From positions 89,218,001 to 89,282,000 of the forward strand of contig OX597815.1 of NCBI GenBank assembly GCA_951406725.2: a stretch of 64,000 nucleotides of DNA, written 5' to 3'. The stretch's first letter is position 1; each line of letters starts with the position of its first letter. This DNA comes from Octopus vulgaris (taxonomy: Eukaryota). Made by a program: the position numbers and the translations under genes. Below, piece by piece: positions 52,871 to 64,000 of the stretch. Below the pieces are notes generated by a model. The model ran no database searches, had not been told where the DNA came from, and worked only from the letters and a program-made list of their open reading frames with translations.

Positions 52871-54701
52871 AAATAAAAAATGGAATTTTAACAAGTAGGC
52901 CATATTAATATAAATTTTTCTTAAATATTTTCAGAGTAAGAGGATGGAAGAAAATTATATTGTCGCTATTGTTGCTAAGAATAATCTAACAACTTCTAAG
53001 AATCGCACGGAACATAGTGGGGTTCATATGTGTGTAATGTTTGTAATTCATTTCTAATTCAATTATCTCTTTATCAACTACTAAATTTGAGACCAGAAGT
53101 CTGTGCCTAATTTGAATAAACGACAAGAGTCAGATGACAGCTCATGGCTAGATATGGTCATAAATATTATCATATGTATCCCTTTTTCTCAGGGAGGAAA
53201 TAGACATTAGGAGTAGTCAGTTGGATATAAGTAACTGTCTATAAAAAAAGGCAGGGTAGGGGTAGACTTTAAATCATAATGTTAATTACCAGTTAAAGGG
53301 GCAAGACGCTAAGAAACTAAGATGTTAATACAGAGGAAGTTTTATTTAGGGGCACTATGAGGTAATGTTTATAAACAATATTGTTATTTTGTATAAAAAT
53401 ATAATTGAAGAATTTTAAAAATGATATTATAACCAAAATAGGTAAAAGGTGTGTATTTATCAATTATAAAGACTAAAAAGGAAGATTGCATAGAATAAAT
53501 TTAATATCCATTCATGTACTTAATTAATTATTAGGTGGTTTCTATAAAGACTGCTCAAGGCATTCACATATGGAGTAACTGGAAAGATATACAACATATC
53601 TATTAATTTAAAGCTATGAATCAGGAAAGTGTGAAAATGCATACAGATACACATACATATATATGTGCATATATGCATTTACATAAATATTTATACGGAT
53701 ATAGTATAAAATATCTCGCATAGACTTAACTAATTGAAAATATCAATTTAAGTAAAAGATAACAATTTATAAAGGATAAGAGGTTAATAAGTAAAGATCT
53801 CTAAATAAGAAAAACAAAATAATAAGAATTTATAGAAAATAATAAGAAATACATATAACCTACATATAAAGAGACAGGGGATTAAAATTAGATGCAGGGA
53901 AAAGATAAAGATAACCCGAAAAGAGTGGGTAATAGGTATGGAAATAGTGAGCGTAGTTAAAGGACCGAAGACATTCTATAAGTTGTAATATTACAGGTGT
54001 TATTTGATGTATAATTTTATAGTTTCTAGGACAATATACATATATATGCATACATATATACACGTATCGATCGAAAGGAACTTTACTTATAAAGAGGTAA
54101 TTATCATAGGAAACCACAATGTATAGGTACTAATGGTAGGCATGCTACGCTTAAATCACACAGCGGGTTTTTAAAGGGGGCGATTAGATATTTAGTCCTG
54201 TAGATGCATGATTGATTTCTAACGGCTGCCAGAAATTTGATCATACATCTAATGATCAGACCCCATCTCGCACTAAACTACATCAAAAATAACAACTTAA
54301 AAGAACACAAGAATCCGTTGGCAACTGTATCGTACATCACAAATAACTTATAATGAGAGTATACATGAAGGCAGACTCAAACACATATAATTTACATACA
54401 GTAGCACTGAAATACAAATACAAGTAAACACGACAGTACACTGAAAGATGAAAATGGCTTTAAAACCCGGAGAGACGCAAGGCCTTTGGAAATTTTTCTT
54501 TTTAGCCTTTAGTCCTAGATGTTTTGAATATGTTGGTACGATTAATCAAATAATTGGGATGATACGGTAGCTGGAATATTGTCCTTCCTTTTGAATGTTA
54601 GGTTAACATTTTGTACAAAGATCTTGACAAAATTCATAATCACTACTTTCATGGCATGCCAATCGTTTTGGTAAGATTATTTTAGGATTGGTAGTGATAG
54701 T

Positions 54702-55210
54702 TGGAGGCGCAATGGCCCAGTGGTTAGGGCAGCGGACTCGCGTTCGTAGGATTGCGGTTTCGATTCCCAGGCTGGGCATTGTGAATGCAAATAGAGCGAA
54801 AACACCTAAAGCTCCACGAGTCTCCGGCAGTGGGTGGTGGTGAAACCTGCTGTACTCTTTTACCACAACTTTCTCTCACTCTTTCTTCCTGTTTCTGTTG
54901 TACCTGTATTTCAAAGAGCCAGCCTTGTCACACTCTGTGTCACACTGAATCTCCCCGAGAACTAAGTTAAGGGTACATGTGTCTGTGGAGTGCCCAGCCA
55001 CTTGCACGTTAATAAATGAGCTGCGACGTCAATGGTGCCAAGCTGTATCGGTATTTGCCTTTCCTTTGGATAACATCGGTGGCGTGGAGAGGGGAGGCTG
55101 GTATGCGTGGGCGACTGCTGGTCTTACATAAAACAACCTTGCCCAGACTTGTACCTCGGAGGGTAACTTTCTAGGTGCAATTCCATGATCATTCATGACC
55201 AAAGGAGGTC
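54702..55210 (+). mobile_element. full-length tRNA-derived SINE, family B
   Basis: TGGCCCAGTGG A-box and GTTTCGATTCC B-box; body shared with 22521/6247; tail shared with 34640. Confidence 0.9.
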
Positions 55211-55891
55211 ACATATCATAGTAATGATATTTATAGATTTATATTGAGTCTCAGTGAAAACTATCAAGAAATGGCGCAAAAGAGAAAGGTAGAATTTGAA
55301 ATCAAATTCTAAGCAAAATAAAATAGGAGGACGTTTCAGATAGCTTATGTTTGGCTGACAAAACATCATTACATTCTGAATGAGAATCTTAAATAGAATC
55401 TGGAGCGCTATAATATTAAAGAGGCTGGGTATATCTGTCACTCGACTAATATACTTCACGAGAGTATATAAATGCCACATAACTATTAATTAACTTCACT
55501 ACAAATTTAATATCTCATACTTTCATACATCTAAGTTGCTTGAGCAATTTGAAATATGAGCCTAATTTCGATACAGCACAAGAAGCGTGAAATATCGTTA
55601 TAACTGCATCTTATTTAATTATTATGGATTTATACTCTTCATTTGGTGAAGGTGCGTGAAACATCGTTATTTCATATTTAGAATTTTATCAACTTTCTAT
55701 GAATTTATACTTCACCTTTGGCGAAAGAAATATAGTTTATATGAAAAAATTACGTCAACTAATTTGTCAAAATACAGTATAGGAGAGTAGATTAGTTTCT
55801 TATGTATTTATCTCTGACAATATTATTTATTACCATAAATACGAACACAGTAGTGCATTTATATACTACAGCCTATTGATATTACCTACGC

Positions 55892-56336
55892 TAAGGTGGT
55901 GAGCTTACAGAATGGTTAGCACACCGGGCAAAATATTTAAAGGTATTTCGTTTGTCTTTACGTTCTGAGTTCAAATTCTGCCGAGGTGGACTTTACCTTT
56001 CATCTCTTCGAGGTCTATAAAATGAGTACCAGTTGTGTACTGAAGTCGATTACATTGACTTATCTTTCTCTAGAAAAAATCGCAAGCCTTGTTCCAAAAA
56101 ATTTGAAACCAATATTACCAACACTTAAAGAGGTGAGTTAGCAATCGTTAGCACGCCGGGCAATATGCTCAGCAGCATTTCGTCTGTATTTACTTTCTGA
56201 GTTGAAATATCGCTGAGGTCTACTTTGCATTCTGTCTTTTCGAGGTTGATAAAATAAATTCCAGTTGTGTCCTGAGGTCGATATACACTTACACTTCCTC
56301 AGAAATCGCTGGCCTTGTGCCAAATTTGAAACCAAT
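55892..56336 (+). mobile_element. two adjacent family A SINE copies
   Basis: 55892-56112 and 56127-56336, each ending in AAATTTGAAACCAAT. Confidence 0.88.
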
Positions 56337-58318
56337 CTTACCGACAGTAGACAGTCACATTACATAAATACTACCCACCCAACCTCTGAAACCGATGTAG
56401 TTAAAACTACCCGGCGTATTTTGTAAAACAATCTGTTGTTTAATGACTCATATAATCGTCTTCAAGTCATTAATAAGGGTGGCGCTGTGGTGTATCCTTT
56501 CAAGTCAAATTTGTATATATTTCTCTAGAAAGCAATTGTTGCCTGTAAAGTAACAGAGTATCTTTAAAGGCAGTTATTGAAAAAGCAAAAATTTCTAGAA
56601 ACATAAAATTTTCTGACATAAAATTCATTCGAAATAACATTGTTTTCATTAGTGTTATGTAGTTTAAAGATAAACTATACTAGAAAAGAATCTAGGCTAC
56701 GAAAGGTAGTTTTACCACTGGAAAACGTTATTAAACAACTGAAATTTGAACAAACAATTTATCAATTGCAAATTACTATCGCAGAATAGAGTGGTAGTAA
56801 TTGTCAGAAGTAGATACGGAAAAGAAACCTATCTGTTTAGCCAGGCATTTAAAGTTTATTTAGAAATTCAACACTTGTGCTTGGATTAATGCTAGAGAAG
56901 TGGACTGCATTTAACACGGACATTTAATTGATCAACATTCTGTCATATGATATTGGTAATGTGCTGTGTGTTTGGTCTGACAGTTACTTCTGAATCACCT
57001 CGAGCCTCAATCAAATAACAAAAGATATTCGATATATGGTTATGAAAATGTAACGGATATTTCGATCCTGTATATTTTACCTTTGAATATAGTTTGCAGA
57101 AAAAATGAATTTGACTTGAGTGTTATCTAATGTGAGAAAACTGGGCAAATGTATATAGTGATATGCATTTCTCGAGAAAACCAACCCAAGTCGGAGAAAC
57201 CGAGGTCTGGGCGAGTATAGTATGTTTGTGTGTGTGCGTGCGTGTGTGTGTGTATTGGGCCATTCACCCAATTTCCAGCACTAGACATTCCACTGCACGT
57301 CATCTCTCTAATTGCACATAATTTTGATACCCCTTATATCTCTTACTACCCGGAACTATTTCACTTATTATATATTCTTCATCCGTTTAAACAGAAGTTT
57401 CCACCCACACTATACATTTATTAGACCCCCGACAATGAGCCACTAAATTATACCTCCTTCTCTACCAACATATACTTCTCATCTTCTTCATGCACTCTCT
57501 CTATCTATCACATCTGTCAACTACCGAACGGCATGTAGTCTACCACACGTCCTTTCCCCATCTGCTTTATCGTCATTACTACCATACTGTCTCTCCCGTT
57601 TTACTTGCATCGTTACAAATCTCTTACCCTAACCTTCCAAGCCATGTAACATTCGTTATCACTCATACATTATCCTTCATTCAATTCGTTTGTTTTTCAA
57701 CTCTACCCAATCACTACAGTTGTCACCTACTTTTCCTCTCGTCGCCATTCACCATCTCTCCTTCTGCATACACTCTTCTAAACTCAACCTGATCAAATAC
57801 CTGATTCTTCGGGCTCCTTTCACTTCTACTCATCTCGTTCATTGAATGTCTATCATGACATTCCATTACCTCTATTTTATCTCTTTCCAGCCTCACGCAA
57901 TCATTCCCATTTTCTCTGAAATGTGAGTTGTGAAGAACTTCCTTTACAGCAAGAATCCTGCTTTTCTCTGACCGCTTCTTTCATAATTTAACCCCTTATA
58001 CCCAAGCACAAAGATGCTCTCCTCATGATTCACATTTCTGTACGTTACCTGGTTCACTCGCCAGTGATGGTAGCAGTGAAATGCACCTAGTTTAAGCTGT
58101 AAAATTTTGGCATTAGGCGATCTTCTCACACTCTCCAATCCAATCCAATCCAATCTAATCAGACACACACACACACACACATTTATATATGCTATTCTCT
58201 ATCACATATAATGAACTACGCAGGCATAACTATGAGCGGGTTTATTTATGTGTGTGCTTATAAACATCGGTTTTATGTAAATTTTTCTACTTAAAACCTA
58301 CGATGTAAAAATTACCTT

Positions 58319-59221
58319 TACGAGGTGGTTCCGAAAAGAAACCGGAATTCTGAAATGTTTTAAATATTTTACATGTTTTCAATTTTTACATCGTTATACT
58401 TTTATCACCTTCAAAGTATTTTCCATGTGAAGCAATGCACCGGTCCAGACAGTGCTGGAACTCTTGCAAAGTGATGTGTTTTAACGCCTCCGTCGATTTT
58501 TTTCTTCACGTCTTCCACATATGCAAATTCCATAACACCAGCTTTTGTCACCACTGATGACTTTCGTAAAAATGGTCTGGATCAACTCCCAATCATTCTT
58601 TCAGTTAACGACATGCATTTAATCGTGACTGTTTTTTTATCTTCCGTGAGCAAGCGAGGTACAAATTTTGTCGAAAACTCTTTTCATTCACAATACCACG
58701 CCCAAAATGCGTTGGCAAGGGCTTCAGGACACACCAGTCATATCAACAAGTTCGTTAATTGTTCGGCAACGATCCTTCAAAATCATTTCATTAATTTTCA
58801 TGATTTTTTTTCCCGTTCGGGAGGTCGATGGTCGACCTGAGCGAGGCTGGTCTTCAAGCGACAAGTGACCATTCCTAAATCGAGAAACACACTCGTAAAC
58901 TTGTGTCCTGCTCATAGCACAGCGCCCTCGTAAGCTCTTTGCAGCTTGACAGCTATTTCGGTCGCCGTTTTCCCCAGCAGAAAACGGAGTTTCACGGAAG
59001 CACGTTGTTTCTTCGTTTCAGCCATCGCAAAAATCGACGATCAGGGGCAAAGCACTATAAAGCAAAAAACGCACCATGTGGCAGTAAGACCATATAGGAT
59101 GATAACGGTCGAAAAAATAATGTCTGAGAGTTGCATCAAGTGGCTTCTAGCGCGACGCTCAAATTACGACGAGTTTGTCCCACACAGAATGTTTCCTGCT
59201 ACTTTTGATTACACCAATGTA
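58319..59221 (-). mobile_element. internally deleted mariner
   Basis: ORF 58724-58915 MSRTQVYECVSRFRNG..LEDQPRSGRPSTS; ISGDKSW (first Asp region) fused to CIASHGKYFEG; TA-flanked degenerate TIRs. Confidence 0.9.
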
Positions 59222-59729
59222 ATTTCTCTGGTTTGCAAAAGTAAGGTAAGCTTATATTGAATAGTTAATAAATTAGACAGATATGTTACATCATTATCCG
59301 TGCATATAGAGTTACAGCCGCATTCTATTGCCTATGGAGATAAAATGTATTGATGGGCATATTTACAGGACAATTCTGTTTGTTCACTGGTCATTAACCA
59401 CAAGTATCATAGCTAGTTGTCAGGTTGTGTGTGAGTATGTGAGTGTGTATGTGTGTGTGTGATTGTGTGCGTGTGTGTATGTGTGCGTGTGTGCGTGTGT
59501 GCATGTGTGTGTCTGTTTCTGAGTGTAATGGGATAATGTATTGGATATTAGATACGGACGTGGTTTTTGTTTTGTTTGGTGATAGAAAATGACGTAACAA
59601 TTATCCTCCAATATATTCAATACACTCGTGAACTAAATGCATATTTGCATCGTACTTTGCCTGTGACTATAGACCTCCTGTCTGATCACCTCCGTCCAGC
59701 AAGCCGCCATGATTGACCTCTAGCTTTTT

Positions 59730-59890
59730 TGTATTCTCTCTCTGTTTATTTTCTCGTGTTCCTTTCTGTTGAAGAGCGTAGGTTCGAAACGTAAATGACT
59801 TTCTCACCTTCCCGAGCGTTAAACTAATACGCCTGTTTGTTGTTTATATACCTGTCTTCGTCTTTTGCATTTTTTGTAAATTCCAACTAT
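59730..59890 (+). mobile_element. solo copy of the 17463-family HHR element
   Basis: Reverse complement of 17464-17620; CTTT-CTGTTGA-A-GAGC-GTAG-GTTC-GAAAC-GTA-AATG at 59762-59797. Confidence 0.8.
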
Positions 59891-60755
59891 GTGTATATAT
59901 GAGAATCGAATGTCGTTGGCAAACCTACTAAAATATAGTTAAAATAAAGTTACGGATGAATAGAGAGTAAAAAAAATTGTCTTAACTAATTCAACAGAGC
60001 ATTGTTTCCTAAACCTAACCGTATGCTCGTGACTTCAATATATTACAAAATACCGAGCTGATAAAACGTCTTTATCAATACGAATTTACAAACACGTAAA
60101 CCAAAAACCTACTTGAAAAATCCAATGCAGTATACACATTTTAGAGTAAACGTTAAATTTGTATGTGAATTATTTTGAATTGTAACATCAGATACACAAG
60201 TGTGTCATTTTCACTTCCGGTGAACAGGCTTCATAATATGGAGCCAGACAATTCTATATTGCAGTACGCTAAATATAATTAGATAGATGAAACTACGATT
60301 GAACAACGATACAGTTGTAATAAATTTCCAGCAAACAGCAGAACTCCCACTATAAACAAAATATAGAAGTAATTCAACTGACAGATCACGTTAAAAATTG
60401 ATTTTAAAATATTCTGTTTTTTAAACATTGTATAATTTTGAAAACAAGCCTTGACAATTTTGTCATTTACAACAATCGTCTCCTGATTATTTGTAATCGA
60501 CTGCTAAGTGAGGCAACACTATATTATTAATGATGTCAATTTTATTCAGATATACGAGAGTGTTAATAAACACATGGATAGAGATAAAATACGCATGAGG
60601 AAATATGGAGAAAGTCCTTAATGAAATCGAGAACCAAACATAATACACACATGCTGATACACACGCTAAGACACCTACATATACATACATCCATATATTT
60701 ATATACATGTGTATACAACCTCATATATATATTATGTATGTAAGCTACATATTGT

Positions 60756-60786
60756 ACTAGCTGAGTAGTCCGTCGTTGCCGGTATT
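60756..60786 (-). mobile_element. Helitron-like 3' terminus
   Basis: Minus strand CCGGCAACGACGG hairpin, 8 nt, then CTAG|T. Confidence 0.45.
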
Positions 60787-61178
60787 TTTTTTCACGATAT
60801 TTTAATTCTTTTTTTTTTAACTCTACTTTAATACTTTTTTTGTTCCGTGTCAGACCATATCCTATCCGACAGACCGGTCTTTTGACCAGGATGATTTTCT
60901 GCATTATTTGAGTTAATTTATATTATCTCAGTAAACGAAGATTTTGTTTTTTCAGTTGGTGGACAAATGAAAAAGTGTTTCTTACTTCTTACTCTTGAAC
61001 ATTCAGCGTAAAACTGATTGTGGGTGAAGCAGGGCTTTCGAAGGTGTAAACTGGCAACCGAAAATATTCGCCCTGAGGAATTTGTTGATGGTCATGGCAA
61101 AACTAAGAATTGAATTGAAGCCGTTTGAACTGAAATACGGCATGGTCTCTGGAGGTTCTTGTGTGCTTATCATCTCAT

Positions 61179-61215
<37 letters not shown>

Positions 61216-61217
<2 letters not shown>

Positions 61218-61627
61218 CGCAGGAGTGGCTGTGTGGTAAGTAGCTTGCTAACCAACCACATGGTTCCGGGTTCAGTCCCACTGCGTGGCATCTTGGGTAA
61301 GTGTCTTCTACTATAGCCAAGGGCCGACCAATGCCTTGTGAGTGGATTTGGTAGACGGAAACTGAAAGAAGCCTGTCGTATATATGTATATATATATATG
61401 TGTGTATGTGTTTTTGTGTCTGTGTTTGTCCCCCTAGCATTGCTTGACAACCGATGCTGGTGTGTTTACGTCCCCGTCACTTAGCGGTTCGGCAAAAGAG
61501 ACCGATAGAATAAGTACTGGGCTTACAACGAATAAGTCCTGGGGTCGATTTGCTCGACTAAAGGCTGTGCTCCAGCATGGCCGCAGTCAAATGACTGAAA
61601 CAAGTAAAAGAGTAAAGAGTAAAGAGT
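61216..61627 (+). mobile_element. full-length tRNA-derived SINE, family C, inside (TA)n
   Basis: TGGCTGTGTGG A-box, GGTTCAGTCCC B-box, internal TA/TG run, (AGAGTAA)n tail; TA tracts on both sides. Confidence 0.92.
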
Positions 61628-61641
61628 ATATATACATATAC

Positions 61642-61696
<55 letters not shown>

Positions 61697-63491
61697 CACA
61701 CACACACATACACTCATGAATATGTGTGCGTGTTCCTTTGTGAGTTTAATGAGATATGAGTGTCATCAGTTTGCGAGTTCGCGACGGTAGAAAATGTATG
61801 TTCGCTATTCACTGATGGTAGAATGTCATTATCTATTGAAAACTGAGATTCGACCCAATTTCAAATCAAACACAAATAACCAAACTAAATGTTATAGATG
61901 TTTTTCATAACGTCTGTTATGCATATCGTCAGGAAACAGAAAATAAAACAAATTATTTAGGAATGTAGCTTAATTTCATGAAATTGAATCTACGATGTTC
62001 TCCAAATTTGGATTTTTAAAATCCATAATAAATATTACAGATAAGAAATTGATTATGCAATTTTTTTTTTTTAATGGTGGTGTTACCAAGCGTGTTGTGA
62101 TGCCTAGATGGACGCTGTATAAAATGAGTATTATATAACCTCACACTTAATATTGTCTCGTAATGCTATTAGCCGTCACGCTGCTTCTTTTCTGTTTACT
62201 TATATTATTTTACTAACCGGGTAGCATAGTTGCATATTCATTACTTCATTTTCTTATACTGAGGTAGATTCGATTAATATTCAACGTAAAGCATAAAGTG
62301 AAAATCAATTGTAGTTAAAATTAAATATTCTTTTATGTGTATGTATGTACATACGTACGTATATATCTCTCTATGTACGTACTACCTACGTATGTATGTA
62401 TTTATGTATGTATGTATGCATGTGTATGCATGCATGTATATGTTTGTATGTATGCATGTATGTATTTATGTGTATATGTATGTGTGCACATGAGTGAATG
62501 GTTCACTTCACCATATGTAGACTGGCTTCCATATGTAGATCGAATCTATATAGGTCAGACACAAATGGATGATAGATTTATGCTGTTTGCAAATTTAAAT
62601 CAAAGATAAGTTCTTTAAATGGTGTGTAAAGTTGGCATAAAATATAGGATAAAATGGTATGAAACAGTTGAGCGAATAAAGTTATTTATTGTTTCGCCCA
62701 TCAAACTGGAACACCTTCATCAAAATTTAAATGTGTTTCTTCACGTATACATTGTATTTAACGGTCGTAATGTTCTGCTTGGCTTGTATGAAACCGACAT
62801 ATGAGGTACTGTATAATTATTCTCTCCGGCCAATAGCCAAAATCTGATTACTTACATGGCTTTATAAATACAAAATGACTCCAAATTTTTCTTTCGCCTA
62901 TATAAAATTTTCCATTCTCTCGGAAGCATTGCAGTAATTACCCAATCATTGGAATATTATTCTATATGATAAATTCTATTAGTGTAGCATTGTATATTTT
63001 ATACTGATGGGAAAAATGATAGGAAGAGAAATAGAGAGAGATAGAAAGATATAGAAATAAACGGGAAACTATAGAGGAAGTCATGCGTGTTAAATTTTTC
63101 ATTAAGTGTGTACGATGTTAAATATATTACAAATTATTACAGACATTTATGCGTATAATTTATATTGGAAATTTCCTTTATAATGTGTTAGGATATTTAC
63201 TTCTAGAACTCGTCATTGTCATGTAAAAATTGTCTTGGAAAACAGTAACGCCCATTATGAAATGAAATATATTTCGTATAACTTCCAACTACTAGCGACT
63301 AATGATCACTTTACAATCCACAAATTTGTTTGAAAACACCACCCGTTGTTCCCATTTATTTAATAGAGTAAGATATATTTATGTATCGATACTATGTATA
63401 AGGTGTGCATGGTGTAGCACAGAGTACGCTACGTAGTAGATGAAGAGAGCTAGAAATATCTTAAATAGCGCACTTATAACCCGTTATTATT

Positions 63492-63532
<41 letters not shown>

Positions 63533-63544
63533 TATTATTATTTT

Positions 63545-64000
63545 TTTTTTTTCTTCTTTCAAATTTGCTTCCATTTCTTGCCGAGTGTCTTCCCGACTCC
63601 TAGGGCAAAGAAACTCATAGTATACATTGGTCGGCCATTAAACCAAACTCAGTAGTTCGTTCATTTTATTTAAAAAAAATTTTTTTTTAAGTTAAATTAA
63701 AATACATGAGCAGCAACAGTTCTCACATCGACAATGCTCTTCTCAATACGTGTGATGTACCAGTGAAGACAATCTTTTGCACTTCTTGCAGGGATGGTAA
63801 GCCAGGGATCATTCTCATATATTTTTCGGTTCCCTTCTTGATCATTCCTAGTGCTCCTACGATCACTGGTATTGTAACCGCCTTGAGATGCCACATTTTC
63901 TCAATTTCAATGAGTAGGTCTTTATATTTTCTGAGCTTGTCAAACTCTTTCGCTGAGATATTATGATCACAGGGGATGCTCATGTCGATCAATAAGCAAA
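63545..64000 (-). mobile_element. 3' end of R4/Dong-type RLE LINE (continues beyond window)
   Basis: ORF 63723-63992 IDMSIPCD..KYKDLLIEIEKMW..IPVIVGALG..QKIVFTGTSHVLRRAL; 3' UTR, then A-tract and (TAA)/(TGA)n at 63484-63545. Confidence 0.92.

Overview
AT-rich, microsatellite-saturated eukaryotic non-coding DNA. The repeat inventory suggests an octopus/cephalopod genome, intergenic or within a large intron; this is inference from recalled repeat families. No host exon, RNA gene or CRISPR array can be supported, and most ORF-track entries are translations of (TA)n/(CA)n/trinucleotide repeats. The recognisable content is decayed mobile DNA: four mariner remnants, a same-strand pile of R4/Dong-type RLE LINE fragments within trinucleotide repeats (21.3-27.3 kb, plus 63.5-64 kb), Penelope-like element (PLE) RT and GIY-YIG remnants, an RTE fragment, about three modular tRNA-derived SINE families, and Helentron/Helitron ends. 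The main non-obvious signal is 11 type-I minimal hammerhead-ribozyme (HHR)-like motifs, found by eye, in small non-coding elements anchored on (TA)n tracts. Several form ~350-410 nt tandem units (retrozyme-like) or foldbacks. One tandem (46.7-49.0 kb) carries a ~1.65 kb ORF1-only, zinc-knuckle retroelement inserted with a target-site duplication (TSD) at the ribozyme stem I, so the ORF lies in sense between two hammerheads. Coordinates were counted by hand and element ends are approximate.
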